Source of the DNA: Pelomyxa schiedti
Lineage: Eukaryota; Protista; Evosea
Direction of reading: 5' to 3'
DNA length: 43,105 bases
Assembly: GCA_020536535.1 (NCBI GenBank)
Contig: JAHLWZ010000673.1
Span: 1-43,105 of the forward strand
The first letter of the stretch is position 1; every line of letters begins with the position of its first letter. Of this stretch, positions 32,701-43,105 are shown one piece after another. A program made the position numbers and the translations under genes. Below the pieces are notes generated by a model. It did no database searches. It was not told where the DNA came from and was given only the letters and a program-made list of their open reading frames with translations.

Positions 32701-34619
32701 AGGGTGGTGGTGGGGCTGTGGTTGGTGGAGCAGATGGCAAAGAGACCGGAGCCACTTCTGCTGGTGTCTTATTTGCAGCAGGTGATACTGGTTCCTGAAC
32801 AGTGGGTTCATTTGACAGTTCGTAATAAGAAGCATCAGCTGATGTATAATCAGAGGTTGCAGTGTAATCAGTATATCCATAGTCATTGGTTCCATAATTG
32901 GGGGCATAATCAGTGTATCCTGCATTTGGGTCGTACTGTGTTGAATCTCCATAGGCAGTGGAAGTGCCGTAATCTGGTGTCGCTCCATAATCATTGACTA
33001 CTGAAGCTTCAGAGGAATTAGGTATTCGTTGTACCTGAGGTGTTGCTGGATTCGCTGCAAAAGTGTTATTTTGTGTTGGAGATGGATGGGTTTGTGTGGG
33101 GGTGGCAGGGATATGGCTGGGGTCCGTGGTGAGAGGTTTGGGTGTGGTGTTACTTGCAGGTACAGTGGGAGCTGCAGGCAATGGTGTAGGAACAGTAACA
33201 GTTGGGGCGGGAGTTGGTGTGGGGGTTGAGGTTGAAGTTGAAGTGGGGGCGGGGGCAGGGGTAAGAACAGAGGGGGCAGATGATTGTGTGGGAGTAGGAG
33301 CAGGAGCGGGTGTAAGGGTGTGTGCAACTGGTGGGGTTTGTGGAGGTGTGGGTGTGGGTGCAGTAGGAGTAGGAGTGGCATCGGGGTGAGGCGCCACTTT
33401 GAGTGCGGGTGTGTGTTCCAGCTTTGGTTGCACTCCTGGTTGGTTGCTGGTGGAAACAGGTGCCGCCTCCGTGATAGGGTAACCGTATTCATCGTACCCC
33501 TGTGCTGTGTCAAACTCTCCAAAGTTCTGCAGTTTGTGATAAGAAGACTAAGCCAACAAAAGAGGGAAATGGGGGTTTCACATAGGCATAATCTGCGTAT
33601 TCGTCTTTATATTCGTTGGGTTTCTCCGCCGGAGTTTGTGGAGTAGGAAGACCATTCTCAGAAGCAATTGGTGACCCCTTTGGAGGCTCTGGAGCCTGTG
33701 GCAACTCTTCATTGTGCCGAATAACTGGAGGCAGAGGGGCCTGCTGAGCAACCTGGGCGTCAGTATGTGCAGGCGGCGCCGGCTGAGCAACAGGAATTGT
33801 GGGAGCCCGAACAACGGGAGTAGGAGGAGGCTGAGCCACTGGAGCTGGAGGAGGCGGCTGGACAGCGGGAGTCGGCGGAGGCGGCTGGACAGCGGGAGCT
33901 GGCGGGGGCGGCTGGACAGCGGGAGCGGGCGGAGGGGGCTGGACGGCGGGGGTTGGCGGAGGCGGAGGCTGGAGGACGAGGGCAGGTGGCGGGGGCATCT
34001 GCAGAACGCTGGAGAGAGGGGACGGCGGCGGGAGCGGGGCGGCCGCGACCGCGGCGACGGCGACGGGGGTGACCGTCGGCGGGGAGGGCGCCTGCTCGTA
34101 TCCCTCGGGGAGCGACGGGCTGTAGTCCCCCGTGGCGCCGCCCCTCGTCGTCGTGGCCTGCGCGGCCCCGGTGGTGGCTGTGGCGGTGGGGGTGTAGCCG
34201 TCGTAGGCCTGGCCTTCTTCTGCCCCATAATAGTCGCCGCCATCCACGGCACTTTGATCAACCGACTCCGTCTGCGGTGGCTGCTGCTGCTGCGGCGGCG
34301 GCGGCGGGGGCGGCAGCAGGGGGCTCGGCTGCTCGGCGGCCGCCGCGGTCGGCGTCGGTGTAGCCGTGGTGGCCGTGGTGGTGGCGGCGGCGACGGCGAC
34401 GGCGGCGGTGTCGTAGGCGCCGCCGTAGAGCGAGGGGTCGTCGCCGTAGTATGCGGCGTAGTTGGCGTCCGCGGCCGCGGCGCCCGTGCTGGACGCCGCG
34501 TCCCCGTCGCCGTAGTAGTACGCGGACGACTGGTCTGTCCCCCCGTACGCGGCCGCCGACGCCGCGTCGCCGTAGTAGTAGGCGTCCGCTTGCTGCTGTT
34601 GTTGCTGCGTGCTGGACAT
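29723..34619 (-). CDS. Dbl-family RhoGEF (DH-PH plus a second degenerate DH) with a Tyr-rich and Pro-rich N-terminus
   Basis: DH: RKQIANEILTTETTYV, LITPVQRIPRY.LLLTDLLKSTPEGHPD. PH: HFLKDGPM, LWLFSDILVV, EKDEW. Second DH start: ALITQFVDTEKEYTSFL. Start MSSTQQQQQQ at 34619. Confidence 0.9.
33826..33975 (-). repeat. Coding 27-nt tandem repeat (PPPP[A/T]PAVQ), about 5 copies
   Basis: GCTGGACAGCGGGAG recurs at 27-nt spacing on the + strand. Confidence 0.85.
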
Positions 34620-34938
34620 TTTGTGGTGCGATCGGAGAATTATGGGCCCGGTGCTGTCTGTCGTTGGCTTGTTGTGCGGAGAACGTCGCCTCCTTCTCTT
34701 TTTTTTTTTCTCGTGCGCTTCTCGCCCTTTTTGGGTTTCGGAAGCGGTGTTTTTTTGTTTCTTGAAGTTTTGTGCACTCGGAGAACCGATCTCAAGTGTT
34801 CTTGTCCCTTCGCCCAAACTCAAGCTTTGACACATCGGGACATGTGACACCAATCCCCTGCGAACCCTAATTTCTGCCCCACACCACATGCCCAGAAAGC
34901 GAATCATCATTTTTTATAAATAAACCGGCATCACTGCC

Positions 34939-36341
34939 ATGTTCCCGGTTCGAGGGTACGAGCGGCGTGTCCCACACGGTGGCGACGGGGCACATTACAA
35001 CTGGGTTCACGTCATCGTGCCCTGGGTGGGTTGCGCGGCAGGCCCCAAGCGGATATACTTCGATGAAGGCGACATCACTGTATGTATGTATGTGTGTGTA
35101 TTTTGCTTTAATCTCGTCTGTGCTGTTTTTGTCCTACAAGATCGAGTGACACTTCTTTTGTGGTTCTTGTGATTGTATCACGGGATAAATCATTTTTCTT
35201 GCTTGTTAGGCTCGAGAATTGAAGGAGAAAACTCTGAATGCAACCTCGTCAATAGACACAGAGAAACCTAGAGTTCTGGTTTACTTGTGGAAAGTTGTGG
35301 AGGATGATGCCTCCGTGGTGTCCTTAATATCAAAGCACGGAAACAAGTTCCCTTTTGTTCTAATAGAAAAACCAACTGCCAGTGACTCACACGAAATCGT
35401 AGCTTTCCTCCCCTTTGTGACATTATAACTAAAATTGGACAAGACTCCTACCTCAAATTGTACAGTAGAGTACACCACAACCGAAACAAGTGCCCCGCCA
35501 CCGCCACAGGAGATTCCACAAGCCACATCATCATCGATTACCAATTCAGCAGAATCAATTCAAAAAATAACTATTCCATCTCCGCTACCGAGTCCCGATT
35601 CCTCGGGAACTTTGCCAAAAGGACACCTAGAGACATGGGTGAAACTTGAACACCTTACCCCTCTACCAAGAGACACAAAGGATCTCCATAAGAGAGCCAT
35701 CCCCTACATACCAGCCAAGGTGAATATGACACCAGTAGTTCGATTTGGTGTACCTGATGTGCACAACTATAGATATCATGCTGATACCCATTCTGCTATC
35801 GATACTCCAAAGTGAGTATTTATTACTTTCTAGCTGTAACCACAACTGAACCATGCTAGTACCCGAGATGTTGATACCCTATGCAAATATGGCTTTGATA
35901 AAGCCCTTGTAGAAACTGCCCTACATGACGCGAAAAATAATGTTCCGGATGCGTTCCAGAGATTGATGGTAAGCAATTCAACATTCCTTTCTTCTCCCTA
36001 TACCCATACCCGCAGAACTGGTCCACAACACCTCTCAAACCCACCAAATCCTTCTATGACCATGCGGAAACGGGAAACAGTCCGGATATTACTGTGAAAC
36101 TTGATAACCACACAGCCACAACCCGAGAAGATAAAGAAAAGTACGGTTATGCTTCACCATTTTACCCATAACATTCAACCACTAACCCTAACCCAGGCTT
36201 ACCGAAAATGACAAATCTATAATTTCCGGCCTCTGTGATGCCTTCAACCTCGGCCAAGACTTTGTAACCGAAGCATACCTTTCATGCAACAAAGACCAGG
36301 ATGTAACAGCCAACCTCTTGATTCTCAATTCAACCTCCTGA
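34939..36341 (+). CDS. RAD23-like UBL-UBA-UBA protein (divergent, multi-exon)
   Basis: UBL-like IT-ARELKEK...LVYLWKVVEDD. UBA1: VDTLCKYGFDKALVETALHDAKNNVPDAFQRL. UBA2: LTENDKSIISGLCDAFNLGQDFVTEAYLSCNKDQDVTANLL, like the RAD23 'AYFACxKNExLAANFL' motif. Confidence 0.8.
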
Positions 36342-36434
36342 CCTACTTCCGTACAAAAAGCCAAAGCACAGACTACAATACAAGTATAATTTTTGGTAAA
36401 AACCTTTGCCAATGCCAATCGGCCAGGTTCAAAA

Positions 36435-38785
36435 CTACAACAATGCATTATTTCGTAATGAGGGCCGGTGGTGTGTGTAGTCATCTTCATTGCTTGTGAT
36501 GTATTGTTCCTCTTCCTCCTCCACAGCAATGACTGCTCCTGTATCAGAATCTGTGGAATACCCCAAGTCTGAGTCATCTGATTCAGAGCCAGAATCAGAC
36601 TCAACAATTTCAACAGGGTTGTTGTCCACAAAGATAGTATTGGTGGTGTTGGTGTTGGTGCTGTTGGTGTTCTGCAAGGCACTCAAACAGTTTTTGTCAT
36701 AGTGTACCTCTTTCACAAAGCAATCATCTGTAGCTGCTAGGGAATGCGGTTCAAGGGGCACAGCTGGGGATTTCACTTCAACTATTTCGCACTGGGAGTC
36801 ACTGTCATTGCCAGTCCCGCCGGGTGGTGTGCCTTGGGTGTGTGGTGCTTGTTCAGAGGAAACTAACTTCACTGTGTCCGCGATTGTACTGCGGCATCCC
36901 TGAATTGCTTCCTGTGGCAAGTCCCACTCATTCAGCTCTTGGACGTGAGTTGGGCGTAGAAGGAGGAACATGTAGACAAAGAGAAGCATGTAAACTCCAC
37001 AGTCACTCCCATTTTGTTGTTGTGGGACGTGGGGAACATAAGAAGAAAATTTTGGTGCTGCACACTGGGTCTCTGATTGCTCAATTGTCCAAATTGCTGA
37101 CAGGTAATTCCTCACAGTCTGCAAAATTCCATCATGATGAGCTTCGTATAGACTTCTACAAGAATCGAGTAAAAGTAAGCATGGGGCCTCCACGAGACCA
37201 GAGTTCGGCATGCATACAATCACAACTGACCAGTGATGAGCATTGTTGATTGGAATGACTAGGAACTGTTTTTCATAAACTCGGATGTTTTTGGTCCATT
37301 TATGCAGAGACGTTGCCGACTCCGGCTGGAGAAGTTGGAGTTTCTTGAAGAAGAACGTGTTGAAGAAGTGCACGTGACTGTTCTGAGGATTACTTTGGAA
37401 GTATAACAGATAAAATTCTATCAACGTGTCATTGAGAAGCTGGTTGGGCTTGAGACGTGCCATGTCCGCCTTCGTGATGGTGACAGCAAAAGGGGAATGT
37501 TGGGGATATACTGCCACTACCTCTGAGCTGTCCAAAGAATCTTCCAAAGGAGCGCAAGAAGGTGTTTCCACAGAAGGTTTCACAGGAGAAAGGTGGGGCA
37601 GACTTAACGATGTATCGACGTGGGTGCACTGTGACTATTATTATTAAGGTGCTTTGACGAGAGAGGAAAAAAGGAACTTACTGATGTACAATCATCTGGT
37701 GTGCCCGAGGGAGAAATTTCTGGGGGAGTATGTACACTAGATGATGTGTCCGTACTCAAGTGACAATCAAGTTCCTGTTCCTCACAGATTAAATCGCTGT
37801 CTTTCCTCTCACTTGGGACTTGTGAACAGACTTTGTCCTCAGGAGGGACCAGTGAAAAATGTTCAGTGGCGTGGGGTGAGTTGCATTCAGGTAGTGCCTC
37901 GGCAACTTCACAGTCAAGCTGTATCTCCTCTGGGTTCTCAGTAACTCCTTCAGTTCCTGTTTCAATCTGTGCTCCCGATTCACCTTGCTCTGTTGCGGGA
38001 ACAGGATAATCCTCGGAACCAACCTCCCCAGGTACCATTGGAACACTATGGTCGCACTGGTTCTGGTAGTCATTGGGGGGGAACAGTGCCTCCATGGCCG
38101 TGAAGTACCTTGGCAGTTTGTTACTTTTTTTTGGAGACTCAGCCGCATGATTGCCAATGGTAGTTGCAGAAACATCCAGTTCAGTATTGGCAGCTGCCGC
38201 ACTCAAATACGGCTGAGGAACGTGCCTGGGCCTCGGCAAGCTGTATTCCGTGGGGCTGCACTTGTAGATTCTTTTCTGATCCTCATCACGAGGCCGAGGG
38301 CGTATCGGCGAGACAGAACTGTAGAATTCAGACGACTGCAGCGGTGAGCGTGACCGAGAGCGAGAGCGCGAGCGCGAATGAGAGCGCGAATGCGACCGAG
38401 GCCGCGAGGGCGACCGCGATCGCGAGTGTTGCCTGCTGTTGTACCACGTGATACGCTTCCTGCTCCGCGAATAACAGCGCGATCGCGGGCGAGAGCGAGA
38501 ACGAGAGCGCGAGCGAGAGCGAGAAACAGGGCGGGACACGGAGCGGGAGCGGGAGCGAGATCTGGAGGGCGACCTCTGCCGCTCCTGGGCGAGCTCTGCC
38601 TGCCGTCGCAGCGACGGCTCGGCGATCAAACTCCTCGCGGTTCTGCGACCGACACCGGGGTCCCACTGTCGCCTGCCCCACATCTCGCGATCTCCGCCAC
38701 CGCCGCCGGCCCCCTCAATTATTATGCGTACTGCCGTCGTGCTGCTTTTGCTGTTGATGCCGTTGCCGTAGCCGCGCGTAAACAT
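36435..38785 (-). CDS. Ulp2/SENP6/7-type SUMO protease (peptidase C48) with an N-terminal RS-repeat domain, 2 exons
   Basis: VYP...LNDTLIEFYL, FFNTFFF, catalytic HW, LDS and QQQNGSDCGVY. The 47-nt GT-AG intron 37681-37635 joins the two ORFs in frame. Confidence 0.92.
38340..38575 (-). repeat. Coding (RS)n dipeptide repeat
   Basis: GCGAGA/GCGGGA hexamer runs on the + strand encode RSRSRS on the minus strand. Confidence 0.85.
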
Positions 38786-38975
38786 GCGACCGACCGCGCC
38801 ACGGGTGTCCTCTGTCTGTCTGTCGTAATTAAGTTTTGTTGTAACTCAGCAGATCTTTCCTGGCGATTATTTGATCGGGCACGCTTTCGCCTTGAATTTT
38901 TGTTGCCTTTTGGAAATTGGTAAGGTGTTGGGTTTTGTTACTTGCGTCTCCCAGAAATAACAGCTTCTGTCCAGA

Positions 38976-41133
38976 TTAAGATGATAAAGACGTGGAACTG
39001 GTGGGTGTTGTAGTCTCTGATGGTGCGGGTGTTGTTTGACGATTGTTGAGTGCTAGTACCCAGAGCCGAGTTTCCTGACTGAGACTACGCTGGCCCTCTG
39101 TGTCCTGGAACTTGTTGATGTCATCCAGAGTGATTCCGTACTTTTCCATTGCAAAAGCGGCGGTCGCGGGTGACATTACCACGATCCGCATGAAGTACTG
39201 CCGTATGTCACTGCCCGTGAGCGTCGGGAAGGTCCTGTGTATGAACTTCCATACCGACAGGTCCATTTGGCTGTAGAGGTCAGCTGTGCACCAAGCTGCT
39301 CCCATTGGCAGAAGCTTTTAGTTTGGTCAGAAAGGGAGTGGGTCTGAGTGAAGGAAGACATACATCAGAACCAGTAATACCAAAGGTGCGTATTAGCCAG
39401 TTACAACAATTTATCTTCTTCCCTAGAAGTAGTCTACACAGTAGAAAATTGTTATTGAGCTTGATGTCTTGAGAAGTGAGGTGAAACTGAGACACTATCC
39501 ACTTCACGACTTTGCTTGAGTACACATAGGCTGAAGTCAAAGCTTTGGCAACAACAGAGGTTGGTAACGCCACCAGAGAAACAAAATGTTTCACTTGATA
39601 AAATTCTCCACAAAGTACAAACGATAGAATCCGAACCAGTAATTCATCGTCAATCTGTGGGGGGAGGGGCAATACTTCGAATAGTAACAAGACAACACTG
39701 AGACTACATATGTCCAATGCCCCTTCTAGTAGAGTCACGACTGCGCCTTTAAGGCTGGATATATCTATGTGCTGAAGAAACCAAGTAACACCAGAAGTAT
39801 CCTCGGTAAGAATTTGGATCTGTCTGATAAAGTCAAGGAAGGTTGTTTCTTCACCATGTTCTGCTTTGATCAGATTCATAACGTGGTGAGTGTCCTCTAA
39901 CCAATTTGCAATTGCTATCTTATTACACGCAAGAGAGCCCAGCAGAGCTTGCTTTAGGTCACTAGATGAAAGACTAACTTTAGTTGATAACCACTGGACC
40001 AGGGAGAGGTCGCATTTAAGAGAGCATGCTGTGGTGAAGAGAGAAGGTTTTGGAGTGGCATGTTTCTCTTCAATGAGCCATTGGATAAGTTCTGTAACTC
40101 CTATTGCGCAGGCCTGTTCCATATGGGTTTGCTTTGGCTTATTGTGCACAAATGTTGTAATGGCCCACTTAAAAACCTCCACATTCCTAATTACAGGAAT
40201 ATCAGTCCTGACTATTCCAAAATAACTGTCCACCCACTGGCAAAAACTCACAGAGGACCGCTTATTAGCCCACACCGCCCTGGAAATCTCAAGATTCGGA
40301 TCTCTAGGAAATTGCTGAAGGCACCACTTCACGAGCATAGGGTCCTTGCCGCGTGCGCAGGTAACGCCTAGCCCAGGGTCCAGGTGAGGACCCTTCCACT
40401 TTTCCGGCAGCTGATACGTTTCAGCCATCCACTGTGCCAAGTCGCCATGGCCATTCACTAGAGCGGCCTTCATAGCAGGCAGGAATTCCCAAGACTCCCT
40501 TATCCCGAATGTAGAAATCACCCACTTCGCAGTCTCGACGTGGCCTCCCTCGCACGGCTCCCTCAGCAGTGTGTAGTACGGCAGGAACCCCCTGATGTCC
40601 TCCATGATCTCCCCTGCTGGCCACCTGAGCCCCGCCCAGCCGCCGCGTTCCACAAGCGATTTGGCACTGTCAAGGTGCCCGCCGCGGCACAGCCCCCACA
40701 GAGCCGCCACGCACTCTTTGTATACCCTGCTCGCTCCTGCATTAATACCATAAGCAGAAGCAGAAGCGGAAGCGGTAGTAGTGGCGGTGGTAGTGGTAGT
40801 GATAGTGACATCAGGTAAAGTGGGGGAATGCCTGTGGGAGAGAATCCAAGCGACGCAGGAGGGGCTGTTGGCCATGGCGGCGGCGGTGACGGCGAAGTAG
40901 GTGGGCTGGTGGTACTCGCGCAGCACCTTGGAGCATGCGAGGGCTACGAGGGGGAACAGCGCCTCGGCCGCCGCGAACAGGTCCACAGCGTGCTTCTCCG
41001 TCGTGCTCTGCTTGGGGTTCAGCCAGTGCGGCATAACCACGCACTCCCATACTACTCGAGACACCCACACCACACGGTCTCTCTCCCCCAACGAGTGCGA
41101 CGTTGTATGTGTGTCGCTTTGCGTGTTCTTCAT
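38976..41133 (-). CDS. Ankyrin-like helical repeat protein of a lineage-expanded family, 2 exons
   Basis: Repeats such as LCRGGHLDSAKSL, PCEGGHVETAKWV, ALVNGHGDLAQWM and ACAIGVTELIQWL. The 49-nt intron 39363-39315 joins the 617-aa ORF to MGAAW... The ORF is on the minus strand (CAT at 41131-41133), although the track labels it +. Confidence 0.85.
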
Positions 41134-41985
41134 TGAGGTTTTCTAATAAAAACTAGGTAACAAGGGAGAGTAAAGCACAGTCAGAAAGACCAACATACCA
41201 AACAAACACGCTACCAGCATGAAGGGAATGGAGTAGGGGGCATAATTTTTAGAGATTCCTGGTACTCTGCCCTTGGCCCGCTTTGAACTGCTTCGAGATT
41301 CCTGGTACTGGGAGGGTTCGAGATTTTAAGGGGTGCCATGTTGGTTATGCCCAAGAGGGCTTGGTTTTGGATTGAGGGGGAATGAAACCTTTAGTTGGGC
41401 TCGGTAGGCGATTTCTAGCGGGTGAAACTGGCTTAAAAATGGTGGGTTTTTTTTTGAGTAATACTTAGGGGCCTTCAGTGTAAATTCGATTCGGTTTTGT
41501 TGTGAAAATCATTCATCGTGAAACAGTAGAAAAGATCCGTTTGTTACCGTGCATTGGAAACCATGGTGCCAACGGCAGCAACTCTATGGGTATAGGGTGA
41601 ATGTGGGGAAAAGTGCACTTGACCTTGCAGGGAGATGAGTGCATAGAGTGGAGGAGTTATTGGATAACTGGGGAACAAGCTTTGCCAGCCCTCCTGGTTC
41701 CTGTCTACTCCGCAATGTCCACCACACCACCTGGTGAAAAAGTGTGAGAACTCAAAAAAGAAAAACGGAGAAGGAAAATGCAGTTCCGGCTTGGTTTGTT
41801 GATGTACTGCATGAATGGCCCAAGGTGGAGTGAGGCAGACTTGAACCATGAATTTAAACATACTGCCGAGTCAGTCTCTTCCTGTCTACTGTTATAATAA
41901 AACAAGTAAACAAAACAAATGAAACGGAACATAACAAAACAAAACAAAAAATAATTAAATAAGACCTTAATACGTATAATTTTGG

Positions 41986-43105
41986 TCAGATCGACAGGCA
42001 CTTGGACAAGAGGACAAAACTTGTTATTAGACCAAGGCTCCTAGCACCCTTAAAGATAGAGCAAGTATCTGTGAGCTGGTATTCAAACCAGTCAGCATCT
42101 ATAGCCATCATAATCTGTTGTGAGAAGTTAGTAGGAATGCTGAGCCTTTTCTTGCTTGGAGAACTTACATTGCGCTTCCTGGGTGCATGTGTTTCTCGTA
42201 TCATGTCCAGCAGGAAAGCCATTGGACACTGCATAGGCAAACCAGAAATGGATGCGGAACCTTGGTCATAGAGGTGATTGGTTGTGAAGAAGGTGACCAA
42301 GACAGGGGAGCCAAAAAGAACAGTGCCACGAAAATTGAAGCCAAATTACGCAGATGAGAGTGGATATGTGAAGCAGTGTTGGAGAGTAGGAAGTCCAATC
42401 TAAGTGTGTCCTCTGTAGAGTCAACTAAATCTTGTAGTTGTTTCAAGTGGCTACAAAAGGGCACTCATTTTACTGCGGGGTTTCCATATTCCAAGAAAAT
42501 ATTGCCGATAAATACTGAAACCGCGCTGCTTCAGTTGTGCAATTTCCGCCTCCATTTCGGCTGCATGAGAGGTTTGTTTTACAATTTTTTCTCCTAGAAA
42601 AGCTCTGACCTCTTTCTGATGATTCAATTCGGTGGTGAGGAGATTCAATCTTTTCTTCCATTCTTGCTCGCCAGCTTGGTGTTCAGTACTCTATTTGGTA
42701 ACTTCAGGTTGTGGCATTGGGTTTGCAGTCTATGTTTCCAGATTCAAGTGCTTGCATTTCCAGAACGTTATTGTCAAGGGACTTGTTCTTTCATCTTCTC
42801 CTGAAGCACAGTGATTGGATTTGCAACCGGCGATCTGGCTTTCCAGGGAGGGAATTCATCTCCAGTTCACTTTTTGGGTGACATAGGAGCCAAATTTCTT
42901 TGTGGTCTCTTGCAAGGGAATCTCTAGGTTTTGTAAATGTAAAGAGGGACCTCTTTCTCTTCTGGGTACTTGTCAGTTGACCATAGTGGTTGTTATACAA
43001 TTATTATCGTGATTTAGAGCTATACTTTCAACCAATTCACTCTTGTCAATCTAGGTGGCTCCTCTTTTGTTCTGTCAGTCTTTTGTACTCCTTACTTGAG
43101 CCATT
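41986..43105 (-). CDS. 3' part of an unidentified multi-exon gene with a coiled-coil segment
   Basis: Coiled-coil-like EQEWKKRLNLLTTELNHQKE...AEMEAEIAQLKQ and downstream ORF pieces separated by possible GT-AG introns. The frame could not be fully reconstructed. Confidence 0.4.

Noticed and set aside
33578-34847. Long alternative-frame and antisense Arg/Gly-rich ORFs
   Set aside because: Shadows of GC-rich Pro/Ala codons in the RhoGEF first exon, with no independent motifs.
24270-38785. Functional cluster of genome-maintenance genes (BRCT, RAD23-like, SENP)
   Set aside because: They are interspersed with unrelated genes and there is no evidence beyond chance in a gene-dense genome.
39280-41133. 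617-aa ORF listed on the + strand in the ORF track
   Set aside because: The protein MKNTQSD... reads from the reverse complement (CAT at 41131-41133), so the gene is on the minus strand.

Overview
Eukaryotic, gene-dense nuclear DNA with many short (mostly about 38-60 nt) GT-AG introns and the standard genetic code. Gene content (WASHC4, an RWP-RK factor, Dbl/RhoGAP proteins, and 'ARDQ-LAL...RCG' type orphan genes) points to an amoebozoan, possibly a Pelomyxa-like archamoeba; this is an inference, not verified. About 18 protein-coding loci can be reconstructed by hand: a pectin-lyase-fold fragment, a putative GPI-anchored LRR protein with one repeat per exon, an RWP-RK factor, a C2HC zinc-finger protein, a PRL phosphatase, a degenerate FabH/KAS III-like protein, two paralogous EH-like/multi-TM genes each head-to-head with an orphan-family gene, WASHC4, a DH-PH-RhoGAP protein, a 53BP1-type tandem-BRCT protein, a DH-PH-DH' RhoGEF, a RAD23-like protein, an RS-domain SENP6/7-type SUMO protease, an ankyrin-like repeat protein and a partial 3' gene. 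Bases 1-634, next to a 100-N gap, are a ~99% identical copy of 38588-39132. That copy carries an extra 89-bp hairpin MITE with 12-bp TIRs and an ATTT target-site duplication, and the empty site is visible in the other copy. No rRNA, tRNA or CRISPR array was recognised. Exon boundaries were inferred by eye and family calls come from recalled motifs, not database searches.
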